A DNA stretch of 60,059 nucleotides, the filler included, from Sphacelaria rigidula (taxonomy: Eukaryota): NCBI GenBank assembly GCA_964200075.2. It is 9 parts of 9 records of this genome, joined end to end, with 100 filler letters (N's around TTAATTAATTAA, not from the genome) between each part and the next. Parts side by side here need not be neighbours in the genome. Positions count along the whole stretch, not along the records: positions 20,056 to 26,639 come from CAXNAA020019212.1; positions 26,740 to 33,323 come from CAXNAA020019213.1; positions 33,424 to 40,007 come from CAXNAA020019214.1; 6 more parts are not named here. The stretch is one strand, 5' to 3'. Below are positions 25,611 through 37,965 of the stretch, in pieces. The position numbers and the translations under genes were made by a program. Every line of letters begins with the position of its first letter. The stretch's first letter is position 1. The notes below the pieces were generated by a model. It was not told where the DNA came from. It ran no database searches and worked only from the letters and a program-made list of their open reading frames with translations.

Positions 25611-26330
25611 TGTCCCCATGACCCCCCCGCCCCACCCCCCCCCCACCCCTTCTTCCTACGAACCTCTTCCCGCTTGTGTCGGTATGGCGAGAAGGGCTTT
25701 GTAGAAAATGACCAAACGATGATAATTTCGCCGGCACGCGGTGGGGATGACGCCTGTGTGCCTTTTTTTTTTCTGCACATGTCTCTTGGTTTTGCTGGGG
25801 CGCCCAAGCCATTAGTTTCTCCGGAAAAGATTTGTTTGTGGGCGCGTGAACTCTGATTGCCCGTCTAAGACCAGTTTTCCGATCAGCCGCCAATTCTACG
25901 ATATATTGTCTTCCCCTTGCCCAAAAACAAAAAATAAACCAAACACCCAAAATCCAAACATTCATTATTCTATAATATGGTATAGTATAGTATATTATAC
26001 AAATTTTAATTTTATTTGCTTGTTAAATTATGTTTGAGTAAGGGATGATTCTCTTTTGTTGTCCGCGTATAAACTGATAGAACGTTTCTACTTGTCGCCT
26101 TCATGGGGGGAGGGTAGTGGGATTCGAATCTCAGGATATTCTATTTCGTGAGTATACAGTACACAACTATCTCTCGGTGTCGCCGACATGAAATGGTGAT
26201 GGGTGGTCGAACAGACAGGTAGCCAGCCACCTGTGACAATTTCAGTCCCTTCTGCTGGGCAGTATCGGCACAAGATGCAGCACTCTTGGAGAAAAAGGGA
26301 TCCCCTCGCAACCCGATGTGTCCTTAATGT

Positions 26331-26364
<34 letters not shown>

Positions 26365-27187
26365 GGGCTACACGCACATGCACAGACGCCTACTATCCTA
26401 GCTCTAGCCAATAAAGGTACTATAGCCCCAGCACTTGAGAACTTGGCGGTTTAGGAACGTTAGCCTCAAAGTTTCCAAAATACAAGAATTATTCGAGCAC
26501 AAATTGTGATGCCTGAAGAAGAAACCCACATCACCAATACCCATGTAGTGGCTGTTGGTGACCCACAGAGGAAAGACCTCGAGCCTCACGCCGAATCAGA
26601 GGGGAGTTATGCCACGATACGGGGGGGGGGTGTACTCATNNNNNNNNNNNNNNNNNNNNNNNNNNNNNNNNNNNNNNNNNNNNTTAATTAATTAANNNNN
26701 NNNNNNNNNNNNNNNNNNNNNNNNNNNNNNNNNNNNNNNGCGGGGGGGGGGGGGGGGGGGGGGGGTGCTCAGAAAGATAATGTGTCTCTGTAACCTGCAC
26801 AATTCCGAAGGGGGGAGGAAGGAGAAGTTTGGAGTGTGGAGGTGTGCTGTACTTGATCTAATCCGCGATACCGAAATTCGGGTGTATAGTGGGGGAGAGA
26901 TGGGTGGATCCCTTAAAATTATGGACTCGTTCCGAGGAAGTGAGGTGAGGGTGAAACTACGACGGGGGGGGGCGTACTCATTTGTTGCTTGCCTTAGTCA
27001 TTTGACCATTGACCACGCATCCCTTTCGAGACGGAGCATCGACGGGAGGAGGGGGTGGCGCGGTAGACGGCTCGAAAGTATGGTATATCAGCGGCGGGCG
27101 CTTTTGTTGTCAAGACTAAGGATCCGGTAGCAATATCAATGTTTATTATTTTCTGCCTTATGATTTGCCTGGTGGTGGTTTTCGCAG

Positions 27188-27318
27188 GCGTCGCACCTCA
27201 TCGTGGCGGGAAGAAGCGCGGTATACTGGGATGCAGATGCGTGGCAGTGGTGGCCGATCCTGGTCGGGTTCACCGTATCCATGTCTTGGCAATGTGTTTG
27301 GGAGTACTACTGGCACAG
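27188..27318 (+). CDS. Exon of fatty acid hydroxylase / sterol desaturase superfamily protein (start of first His box); followed by a GC donor
   Basis: ttcgcAG acceptor, ASHLIVAGRSAVYWDADAWQWWPILVGFTVSMSWQCVWEYYWH-AG|GCGAGG. Splicing to 28456 gives YYWHRLMH (HxxxH). This frame is absent from the ORF track. Confidence 0.85.
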
Positions 27319-28070
27319 GCGAGGATGTTCTCAAGTGTAGACGACACTCGCGGCGTGGAGAGTCATTTTGTGATTTTCGCGTGATTTCTGTCGACTGCTC
27401 GCGTGTCGCGTTCTATTGAATGGGCGAGACCGTTATTTGGGATGATTTGTCGGTGAGTCGCGAGGTCTGACCACCTTTGTGGCGGTGTGCACATCCTACT
27501 CGTGAAGGGGATTGTGTGAATACTGTCGTCTCCAACGTCCTTGCAGGCTAGATCGTTACTCACCTGTCGGGTAATCCTGCAGTGATGGTGGACGAACAGA
27601 GCGGTAAAGTGCAGTGTTGGGTGGCAAAAGTTGGATTGGCGAAAACGCTGGATCAGCGCGTGACTTCAGTCATGGCCACGGCGGTATATTTTGCCGCAGA
27701 TGATTTTGAGCATGGGGGGTGAAGCAAGTTTGGGGCCGTTGGTGATTTGGTTGATCAGTCGGCTATTTTTGCAAACCTACAGGAAGGTTTTCACAGATTC
27801 ACGGATGACGGAGATGGCCCGAAATGATGACGCGTCCGCAGTTTTCTAGTCAGCCGAAGTTCACATATATTTTTTCCTCACTGGAGGTTTTTCTTTGGGA
27901 GATGAGGGAGGTATTTGCGCATTCGGGAATTTTCGACACGTGGCGGGGGGGGGGGGGGGGGGGGGGGGTACTCACTCAAAACTTTGTTTGACATAAGGAA
28001 CTGGATGTTGAAATACAATTTCCAAAATTNNNNNNNNNNGGGGGGGGGCGTGGGGGGGGGGTGGGAGTGT

Positions 28071-28107
<37 letters not shown>

Positions 28108-28455
28108 GGTAAATGCTCACGAACTTGTTTTCCCGAATAGGCGAACTCGGTTTGCAGCATATTCTCAATTTTGGCCGCAAAATTTAGTATGCGTTGGTGA
28201 CCAAACGATCAAGCGTGACCCTGCGCTCGTAGTTGACCAAATATACTCGAGGCGGACACCACTTGAAAACAGAGGAAGGGTGAGATGCGCAATCACACCA
28301 CAGCCGAATGAGTAACCTATTTAACTGCATCGCTGTTTTTATTTATTTCGGCGGGCATGCGCAGCACGTGTGCATGCAGCTGAGAACACAGCCGACTCAC
28401 ACCAATTACACACAAGGACGACCGCTGCCTTGTCCCCACCCCGCAACCTCAACAG

Positions 28456-28537
28456 ATTAATGCACCAGCCCATGTTTTACGCGCGGTTGCACAAGTACCA
28501 CCACTTCTACAAGAGCCCGGAGCCGTTCGATGACTTG
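28456..28537 (+). CDS. Exon of fatty acid hydroxylase / sterol desaturase protein (second His box)
   Basis: caacAG acceptor, TTG|GTGCGT donor, LMHQPMFYARLHKYHHFYKSPEPFDDL (HxxHH). Confidence 0.92.
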
Positions 28538-28679
28538 GTGCGTTGTACTCTCTATATTTTTTGTACTCGGGACCGGCGCGAAATCTTAGCATGGCATTGT
28601 TCTTCATGTTCATCTCTTCCTTTTCCTTTTTCTTTTTTTCCTTTCCCTTTTCTTTCCCTCATTGTTTTACTGGGTTTGT

Positions 28680-28960
28680 TTCCCCCCCGCCCCGTCTGGT
28701 GAGACACCCATGAGGCAGTGTAACCCGTGGCCGTCTCTGGAAGTGGCGATGTTAAAAAATCCAACTCATTGCAGGCTGTCATCCGTATGCAAGACGCTTG
28801 GTTCGTTTAGGGCCGAAAAATCTTTGCAGGATGCAGGTCACCCTTCATGCGACTCGCCGAACACGTCACGGCGCTTCGCGCTCGCTGACTGCGAGCGTGG
28901 TCCGGCAAAACCCGGCGTGCTCTGTCCCGGCTTTGTAGGGATGCAATGTCAACGAGTATA
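28680..28960 (+). mobile_element. Long copy of the abundant poly(C)-ended structured repeat (subfamily A)
   Basis: Aligns with 58500-58830(-), 33700-33960(+), 53476-53540(-) and the 3' fragments at 1-66, 2357-2420, 37225-37273, 39340-39520, 39960-40007(-). Confidence 0.8.
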
Positions 28961-29258
28961 CTCCGTCTTTTTTCTTTGTCGAGTTTCCTCCAACTATTGT
29001 TATTTACCGTGGGTGGATCTACGTTGTGAGCTCCGCTAAATTTGCAACGAATCTGTTAGTGTGGATGTTCGACGATCAACACAATCGACCGTACAATCGA
29101 AAGCGACGCGTGCGCTGCAGCAGTTGAGCTTACCGGCTGGCGTTTCTGACCACCTCCCTCCCGCCGGTATAGCACCCCTTATTCATCAAACGGGGCTTCC
29201 CCACTCCCCGCTACAATCACACCCGCCGTATTTCGCATGGGGCTTTCCCGCACCACAG

Positions 29259-29430
29259 ATGATCCACCCCCTGGAAGCTTTCGGGTATTACGTGCTCCTC
29301 TACTCTCCACCTTTTTTGTTCCGGATGCCCTTGGCGAGCTTTGCAGCGTACATGGCGGTGTGTGGAACTTGCGGGGTTCTGGACCACTGCGGGATAGCAT
29401 TTTCAGTGCCGGGACTGTATGACACCTCGG
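29259..29430 (+). CDS. Exon of fatty acid hydroxylase / sterol desaturase protein
   Basis: ccacAG acceptor, G|GTAAGG donor. MIHPLEAFGYYVLLYSPPFLFRMPLASFAAYMAVCGTCGVLDHCGIAFSVPGLYDTS contains the HPxE and DHCG motifs. Confidence 0.92.
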
Positions 29431-30152
29431 GTAAGGCCGGTGTTCGCCCTCCTCTTGTTAAGGGGTTTTCCGTGTAGGGTTCTCTCCGCGCACGCACATA
29501 CGCGTGTGTTGTCCTCGAGTAAGGCCGCTGGCGAGTGTACACTCCCTGCACGTGGTTGCTATGGGCCTTACGAGCGCGTTGGTAGCCTGGAAAGGATGCG
29601 AGGGTGGCTGCAATAATATGAGAGTCGGTCGCCGAACCTCATCGAAAGAGCCCTGAAGCACCGTGAGGTGGTAGACAGCCACTTGATCAGCGGCTGTGTG
29701 TCTACTCCGCAGAGCCATGTGCACGAAGGTACATGGTAACACTAGGCGGGCGGTGCCGTTGCTTGCTGCTAAATTATCCTGGGGAAATGCATGAAAGAGC
29801 AAACGTCGTTACTCCGTCTCGGCTTGCAATCCGTCTTGTTGTGCAACTACTTTGATAGGGCGTTTTGGAGAAGGTCCGAGGACAAGTTCCTGCTTGTGAG
29901 GTGTCACTCCGTTCGTCTTGATTTCCATTATTCTCCTGCCACAGATAGCACTGTCCTGCCTTCCTACCGCGTCTCCATCGTAACGCTGCAGTTTCGCTGA
30001 AGGATCTCCCAGTCATTGCGCAACAACTAGTTGCCAACCTGGAGTTTCTCGGTCATGTATTCCCCCCAACGAACACACGCACACACGCGCCTCCCCCTCG
30101 CTCCGCGTCTTTTTTTTGTTTGTTTTGCGATGGTTCTCGATTCCCTTGACAG

Positions 30153-30322
30153 ACCACGATCGACACCACTCACGCTTTGAGGTCAACTACGCCTTTCCAT
30201 TTCCGGTACTGGACATCTTACATGGCACCTATGACGGGAGCTTTCTGGGCACGAAGCACAGCACCAACGGGAGAGCCTTGAGCTCGCGATCCACAGAGAT
30301 GAATGAGGTTTCTTCGCGTTGA
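30153..30322 (+). CDS. Probable last exon of fatty acid hydroxylase / sterol desaturase protein (third His box)
   Basis: ttgacAG acceptor, phase 1 compatible. (D)HDRHHSRFEVNYAFPFPVLDILHGTY matches the family pattern HDxHH..NY...D...GT. TGA at 30320-30322. Confidence 0.9.
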
Positions 30323-31435
30323 CGCTGCCGCTTGAGAGGGACGAGTGCTCAGTGTTGGTGCCGTAACCCCCGCCATATTTGGTTCTGCGTCTCGCAAGGA
30401 TCATCATTGGATTTGTGCCGGTTTACCCCCCTCCGGGGTACGTGCGCGGAGCTGGTACGGTTAACCACAGGGTGCTCGCTTGTGGTTGGCGTTTTTTTTT
30501 CATGTTATGTCCACTTGTGTAGTCAGGTACTTACCTGCGTTGTTGAAAGGCGGCGGCTGGGATCGTGATGCAGAATGCCTTATGGGGAAAGGGTTGTTGT
30601 CGTACTTTTATTCGATCCGCACCTTCTTTGTCGAGCGCGTCCGTATTATAAGTGCGTTTGCACGGGACTGCATCGAGAGTTGAACGTTTCCACGTCATCC
30701 TCATATGTCCGGGAGAACGCGACATATAATTCGCCGCTCGGATGGGGGGACCCCCCGCGCAATATTCGCGTTGTGATCAAGCCCATCAATGAGCCCTTGC
30801 ATACTGCCTGGCGCTTCTTCACCTCTGACTCTGATAGTGAAACGGCCGAGTTTGCTTTACAGTTATCGGGTGCATACCAGCCGTGTCATCGTGGCCATCT
30901 CGTTTGAGGCTCCGGCGGGCTAAAGTGATGTGCGAATCTTCGTAAGTTGGCGCACACACTTTTTCGCTCTCTTCTGAACGTGGTTGCTGTTGTATACTTT
31001 GTTTCATTGTTGCGCGTTGTCCGTGAAGATTTTACTCTCTTTGTTTCCCAGTAAGGTGTATTGTTAACTGGACTTGTTTTGCAGACTTTGTGGGTAAAGT
31101 CATGACGGCACTGACGAAGAACGGGTAACTGGCCAGTGTGTATATCCCGTGAGGTTTGTGAGAGTACGGATATCGGTAGATGCCTTGTCGGTGACACTCT
31201 TAACAGCCATGGCCAAGGGCAGAAAGCGCCGCAGGTCCGTTGTAATCGTCCCCTCAACCTGGCAAAAGAGGGGGTACCACGAGGTCAACACCCCGTCCGT
31301 GATGATAGCGGTGACGGCTGCGGTTGTTGTGGTCGCCGCCGTGACATCAGGAGTTGAACACATCAGTAGTGGGCAACTTCGTTTGTAGGTGCGTATCTCT
31401 AGAAGGGCTGCTGTGTTGGTATACCGCCCCTGTAC

Positions 31436-31443
31436 GCGCGCGC

Positions 31444-31510
<67 letters not shown>

Positions 31511-31575
31511 TGTGAGTGTGAGTGTGAGTGTGTGTGAGTGTGTGAGTGAGTGAGTGAGTGAATGAGTGAGTGTGT
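31436..31575. repeat. Compound (GC)n(GT)n(GAGTGT)n(GAGT)n microsatellite
   Basis: Directly visible. Confidence 0.97.
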
Positions 31576-32199
31576 ACAGCCAGTGCTTACGCGGCATACA
31601 ATGACTATTGGACCGATTTGCGGGTCTGAAAGTTGTGTAGACTGTTGTTTTCATCTGCCATGCTGTTCTGATGGTTTTTTGTACTACCCGATAAGCGTTG
31701 TTTTTTGCTGACATTGTATTATTCCGCAAAAGCATAAATGCAACGTGTGTTTTTTGCCTGAACTGAATGAGAAACCTGACCTCATCTTTGGAGAATGTAG
31801 AATTTGTCCGAAAATGTCGGAAAAAATACACCCCCTGATGATACCCCTTACTATAGTCGGTCTAGCAGAGTTGGTTTCTACCGCGAATTGTCTTCAGAGG
31901 TCGAAGCACTCGTATGGGGTTTAGACTGAAATCAGCCACGTGAACGTTTGTTCATTCGTTCATTCTTCGCACAATCGTGGTGGTTCCAGTGCTCGATTCA
32001 AACACTAAGGCTTGAGATAGCGACGATGCCGCCGCTTCAAAACTACAGACTTTTTCAAGACCGCGTTTTGAAATACTTGAGTCTTGGACAGCACTTGGAA
32101 TGATTTTATGACCTCAACCACCGTGCCAGGATTTTCGGTCGAGGAGGTTCCCGCCCCTCTTCTATGGAATTGCCTTTGTCAGATTGCGCAAAAAGTTCT

Positions 32200-32510
32200 A
32201 TAATAAGCAATGTTTTCGTGAGATTGAGAGTAAAGGATACAGTTGAGAGTGAAGAGCGTTGAATTAGTGAATAAATCGTTTCAGTCCCAAAATGCCCCGC
32301 CACGAGGCCCGATATGCTTTCTGTAGTGGCTTCCCACTGAGACCCATGATATCCTCAAGTAGGAGATCGACGTGAAGCTGTAAGCACACGCCAATGATGG
32401 AGGCAAAGAAAAGCACGCACAGAATGAAAAAAAGGCCAAGGTAAAGCGAATGATCAAATCCACTCTCAATCAGCGCTCTACTATCAATATCACGAAAACG
32501 GTTTTGATAG
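32200..32510. mobile_element. MITE with TTTTCGTGAGATTGAGAG termini (interrupted copy 18525-19130; fragments ~45795-45845, ~48545-48590)
   Basis: Inverted ends gttttcgtgagattga / tcaatatcacgaaaac; the body aligns with 18525-18674 plus 18950-19130. Confidence 0.65.
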
Positions 32511-32997
32511 TGACGCAGACGTACTGGTGGTGGTGATGAAACTCTTCTGTCGTGCGGGCGGCGTCGGCTACGATGTGGCATGCTTGCGTAAGGAAAGATG
32601 AAAATCTACAACCCTACTACTGTTCTGAGACCCCCGAATCAATCATATAAGGACAATGCACCGCAGATACAACTTGGTGCTTCCATTCGTTGAACTGTAC
32701 GTCACCGCACACGAAATCCGCGCTGGCGCGGTTCGATTTACGCGCCTGTCTTGTGGGTGAAGATTTTGACTTTGCTGGAGTTGCGTGAGAAGATGCTCAT
32801 AGACCGAAAGAGTTGCCGGCTACGAAAGCACCGTTTTTGGCGGAATCCTTGGAGAACAACTTTTTCGCCGGATTGAGAGTATTGCATTCGATTGAGAGAG
32901 ATCTGTCCTGCCCACTTTTACTTGAAAATAATTGAAAAGTTGCTGGTTCCACAAACGGATACTTTGCACCGAAGGTGTCCGTTTGTGAAATCGGCCG

Positions 32998-33250
32998 AGT
33001 CATGCTACGATAGGAGGGAGGGGGGGGGGGGGGGTATTTTGGGCCGTTTTGTTCCACGAAATTATACTTGAAATAAATCGTCGTTAATAGCAGCAACGGC
33101 TGTTCAAACGCGCTTGCTTCCGATAAATAACGCTCATTCATACTGCTTGGCACCGCTTTTACCCAAATACAAGCGCACCGCGAGTGTGTTGGGTCGTCTG
33201 AAGCATTTATGAGTCGACTTTTTCGTGGAATCAAACACCCCCCTCCCCCT
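32998..33250. mobile_element. MITE family with GAGTCATGCTACGATAGGGG termini (copies 13430-13757, 35978-36222, 37998-38230)
   Basis: Four diverged ~250-bp copies share 'gtgcgcttgtg...taaaagcgg...tcaag...tatttatcgg'. The terminal motif is seen at opposite ends in different copies. Confidence 0.7.
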
Positions 33251-33460
33251 CTCGCAGAGTTGAGAGCAGAAGTCATATAGTGGCAGAATGTGAACTATAC
33301 AAGGAGGAACGGGACGTGCTAGANNNNNNNNNNNNNNNNNNNNNNNNNNNNNNNNNNNNNNNNNNNNTTAATTAATTAANNNNNNNNNNNNNNNNNNNNN
33401 NNNNNNNNNNNNNNNNNNNNNNNGAGGGGCAATCTCATCACCCACACCCGGCGCCGCAGG

Positions 33461-33493
<33 letters not shown>

Positions 33494-34103
33494 GGATGCG
33501 TGGTCAATGGTCGAACGACTAAGGCAATCCACAAATGAGTACGCCCCCCCGCCTTTCTCTTCCTTGCCCACCAGGGTGAGTAATTTCGGTCGCGCTGTCA
33601 TATTTTTCAATCGAAAAATTGTGACAATTCAACACATTACCCACTCTGGCGGTCTGTCCAAAGGATGAACATGTCCAGCACAAAAAGTACCCCCCCCCTG
33701 CAAGTGACGATATAAGAAAGCGAAGCAACTCATTGACGGTTGTGATCCACAAGCGAGATCATCAACACGCTCGCGGCCAAACACTGTTATCAGCATGCAG
33801 ATCACCCTACGTGCGACCGATTAGCCGAACACATAACGGCGCTTCGCGGTTGGTGACCCAGTGTGCTCCGTCCCCGCTTTGTAAGGGATGCGAGGTCAAT
33901 GGTCATGTTACTACGACATGCAATTCCATGAGTGCACACTACTGCCCCTCTCTCCACCCCCTCTCTCGTGTATAGGATAAGGGTCAGGTGCGAGTGCAGT
34001 AAAGACACCCAAGGTTTGAATGGGGAGGGTTCGCGAAGTCACGGGGAAGTAGAAAATGACGTGTATCCCGCCCCCGAAAAAAAAAAATGCAAATTTGGCT
34101 GAC

Positions 34104-34385
34104 CAAGGGGACTGCGAAGCGGAGGTTGTTGCTGCTGACGTCCATCCCCTTGCCCCACCGTGAAGGATCCCGTGTACTGCGACGCAGCGTCATCGTCGTT
34201 CCTTCCCGACGCATGCCGCCTCCCACCATCACCCTTCGCGGCTGCGCTGCCCAGAGGGGGTGCGGCACCGAATCGGCCCCCCCTCGGAGGTATGCCGGAT
34301 GCGGAGGGCGGCGGGAGGAACGACGCTGTTGTCGTGGCCGGTTCGTTTGTGTTCGGCGTCAAGGGGCCTATGGGACCTGAAGCGC
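34104..34385 (-). CDS. Exon 4 of low-complexity unknown protein
   Basis: catgcAG acceptor, G|GTCAGC donor, phase 1-1, ASGPIGPLTPNTNEP...RQQQQPPLRSPL. Confidence 0.6.
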
Positions 34386-35544
34386 CTGCATGAGGGCGCG
34401 TACAAATAACCCACACAAGGACAACAACAACAACAACAACAACACGTTGAAGGAGATGAGTGTCGGATCTGAGAAAATTTTGAGAGCAAACGAACACAGG
34501 ACAGAACAACGACGATACTCGAGTTCACTGTTAAGTCGTGACACAAAAAGTTCCACTTGAGCCCATGTGTATACAAAACGTAAATGGACCGATCGCTCAA
34601 CGTATATATTTTGTGCGCTTTTATTTTTATTTTTTCCGTCCTACCGCTTGTTGTTCCTATTCAGGAATCCGCCACAGATCACGTCACCAGCTTTGAGCAC
34701 CCGAAACGGGTTATGTCCACGATACCCGACGCACCAAGCATCATGACAACTAGCCCACGATCGATTGTATATCACCCCCAAATAGTGACAGCAAAGTATA
34801 CACAAAGTACTAGAGCTCGGGAATGGTACCAGTGATAACTGGCCATCATCATTACAAAGGTATTAGCGTTGGTGGTTATATGAAATTTTTGGATAATGGT
34901 TTCAAACTATTATTTGCCGTTACCAGCTTCGCCCTTGAAAATTAGCCCAAATTTCACGTTTTTTAGCTCTAGTGAAGCCAAATCGCGTAGAAACGTGCGG
35001 CGCAGCGCCTCCGGCAGCCCCCCCTCTGCCGGGGGGGCATTACCTCGCGGCTGCGTCGCTCGATGACCAAACCATTATATACCATACAAGAGGTTGATGG
35101 TTAGGCAAACCATTTCCGAGTTCTACGTCATACACAACCCTCGGACAGTTGGACCATTACCCTGACTCTTCGTAAGCCCAACACGGGCTAAACTCGATGT
35201 TGAAAAAAAAAGAAGTTCAGCAGCACTTTGACGTAAAAAGAGGTTAAATCAGCATGCGGCAATCCTCTTCCCGAAAAACATTTGACGTCACCAGAATCGT
35301 ACTTGATTTCAGTATAATTGGAGATAAGTCATCGTTCAACACTGAGCGGGTCTTGACTCCAGAGACTTTCAATCAAGGGTACACGAGGGCTGCTTGCCCA
35401 CCGCGTGATACTCGTGCATGCTCACATCCCGATATCAACGATCACGTCATGATCACATCAAACACCTTCGCACACAATTTGCATCGTTCCATCCTTGTAG
35501 CGGAGAATCCTAGCATTGTGCAGAGATGGATCGCCAGCCTGCCA

Positions 35545-35790
35545 TGCACTATGGTGGGACCCCATACTCTAGAGGACGGCACTGAAGAGGAACTCCATAT
35601 TCTACAGGACGGCACTCAGCAGGAACTCCATACTCTAGAGGACGGCAATAAAGAGGAAATTGATACTCCAGAGGACAGCATTGAAGAGGAACTCCATGGT
35701 CTAGAGGACCGTACTGTGGTGGGATCCCATGCTACCAAACTCTAGAGGACTGCACTGAAGAGAAACCCCGTACTAGAGAGGGCCGTACCG
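35545..35790. repeat. 33-bp minisatellite (~7 units), intronic
   Basis: Unit actctagaggacggcactgaagaggaactccat with variants. Confidence 0.9.
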
Positions 35791-35810
35791 TTGCAGAACT
35801 CCCACTGTAC

Positions 35811-35927
35811 CTGCAACGAAGGAACTCTTAGGGCTGGATGGACCGAAGCGGGTGTTAAACTTGGTCTGAGAGTGCACGATACTGCTCACCGCCACGGATC
35901 CCGCCGCAGAGTCCAGAGAGGGTCGCG
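35811..35927 (-). CDS. Exon 3 of low-complexity unknown protein
   Basis: aaacAG acceptor, G|GTACAG donor, phase 1-1, RPSLDSAAGSVAVSSIVHSQTKFNTRFGPSSPKSSFVA. Confidence 0.55.
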
Positions 35928-36544
35928 CTGTTTCACGTGCATATGAAAAGACGATGCATGAGTGGATGTATACTTGTGTCATGCTACGATAGGGGAGGGG
36001 GTATTTTGGGCCATTTCGTCCGCGAAATTCCACTCCAAGTCATCGCTGGAAGTTGCAACGGTTGTTCGGACGCGATTTTGACCGATAAGTAACACTTATT
36101 TGAACTCTTTGACCCTGCTTTTATCACGGCACAAGCGCACCGAGAGTGTGTTGGGTCATCCGACACCCATATCAGCCCATTTCTTCATGGATCAACATCA
36201 ACTTCCCCCCTCCCCATCCCCTATCCTGGTCCAGCGAAACCCGGGGTGCTCCCTCCTGGCTTTGAAGGGAGACTGTGAGAAGAAGAAGTAAGGCATCGAC
36301 ACAACAAAATCCCAGACAAACGTCGACGCACTGTGAGTGCTGATCTGAACGCTCCAGAAAAACGGGGGCCCAAGGCAAGCAACGCGCGGAACGAGAGAGA
36401 AGGAGAGACGAGACGGACTTTTCACTCGAGACTCGAGGACTCGTCCACAGGAACCGGCTGAGAAGCCAAGGAGCGGAGCGAGGGGACGGGGTGGAAAACC
36501 CACACTCTGGAGGACAACAGACGGTCAATATTAACTCTCGGGAA

Positions 36545-36716
36545 ACCCTTTTTCGTCATTTCAGAGTGCAAATATCCAAGGATCAGAGTGCAGAAAAAAG
36601 CAAGAAACCTCATGAAAAAAAAGTTAGGGGGATACCACATTTGACGGAGGGGGACATAAGTTTCCGATACACCCTGATCCTGAGATCTTTGCACTCTAAA
36701 ATGACGAAAAAGCGTT
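36545..36716. repeat. Inverted repeat / small MITE
   Basis: ctttttcgtcatttcagagtgcaaa...ggatcag pairs with ctgatcc...tttgcactctaaaatgacgaaaaag. Confidence 0.75.
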
Positions 36717-37293
36717 TTCTGAAACTCTCTGATGAATGCAATAGACACTTTCTACAATAGCCCCCCCCCCCCCAAAAAAAAAACAGCTCAGAAATGTCAC
36801 GAAAAAAATGGCCATTTAGCGCCTTATGTTTGGGTTCAGGCTGCATGAAGCGCCTCATATTGGCGAGAACAAACCCAAGCGTGGGCATCCCAAGCTGCTC
36901 GTTGTGCTCTGCTTGTCCATTTTGATTCACGTGAAGGTTTTGCCTCCCAAATCAGGCACTTTTTTTTTGGGGGGGGGCGGGGCTATCGTGGAAAATATCA
37001 TTGGACAAAACGTGTATTGGGTAGAGAATGGGCCTATTGCATCTTTTGACCATAAATGCAATGTTTGCAACAGGCCCATCCTTTACCCAGTACACGTTTT
37101 GTCTTTTGCATACATTAACCATATATTATTATTGTCCAACGTGTAGAAAAAAAACACACGACTATCATCCATAAACACTATATATACCCGACCAAAGCTG
37201 GAATCCATCCCTCCCCGTGCCAATTCAATGGTCATCATGACCATGGCATGCATGATCATGCATACACCCCCCCTGCCAACTCCAAGTTCTCAC

Positions 37294-37965
37294 ATTTGGG
37301 GGTATCAGCATCCCCGTTCCCTTCCTCGATTGCAAGCCCCGAACCAGACTTCTCGAAGGTGGCAACCACCGCAGCGACTGCACCAGCAGGCCTCCGTCTC
37401 TTGGCCACACCAGTGACAGTAGACGAACCAGCAGCAGCAGGAACAGCAGCAGATGTTTCCGCTGCACTATCATTACCACCATCGCTGCCCCCCGCGCCCT
37501 TATCTAATCCCCCTCCAACCCCAAGCCCACTCCCGCTGGAGACATCAATTACAGGGCTAGCACCACCAACGTTGGGTGAAGCAGAAGCAGATCCCGCGGA
37601 ACTACCAACTGACGACCTGGTCGACCTCGCGGGCGTCGCCCTCTTCGGTCTGCCGGGCGTGGCCACCACTTGTATCTTCACAACCGGCGGCGCCTGCGGT
37701 CCCTTGGGCTCCTCCGGTCTCTTTGGTTCCTCCTCTCTCGGAGTGGAGGCAGCACCCAAAGCACTCCCTCCAACCGCTCCCAGTCCTGCCGACACCGCCA
37801 ATCCCGACCCGGGTAGACCGCCCGCCCCCTTGGGTCCTTCATCAAGTCCCGATCCTGATTCTACTGCGACATTTTCCGCGCCAGAGCGCCGACTTGCGGA
37901 ACCGCTTGCGTCGAGCCCTGTACCGGCGCTGGTAGCACTAGCAGCGCCCGCTCCGGTAGCACTAC
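37294..37965 (-). CDS. Exon 2 of low-complexity unknown protein (672 bp)
   Basis: gtgcAG acceptor, T|GTGAGA donor, phase 1-1. Open frame SATGAGAAS...EEPKRPEEPKGPQAPPVVKIQVV...DADTPK. Confidence 0.7.

Noticed and set aside
31100..31831. 243-aa minus-strand ORF
   Set aside because: Its length comes from a compound microsatellite (HT/RA runs); no recognisable protein.
35254..35745. 163-aa ORF with LEDGTEEELH repeats
   Set aside because: It is produced by a 33-bp intronic minisatellite lying antisense to the surrounding gene; no homology or splice support.
35545..35790. CRISPR-like periodicity (also 47960-48230 and 21741-22349)
   Set aside because: Units are contiguous tandem copies with no unique spacers, there are no cas genes, and the context is eukaryotic.
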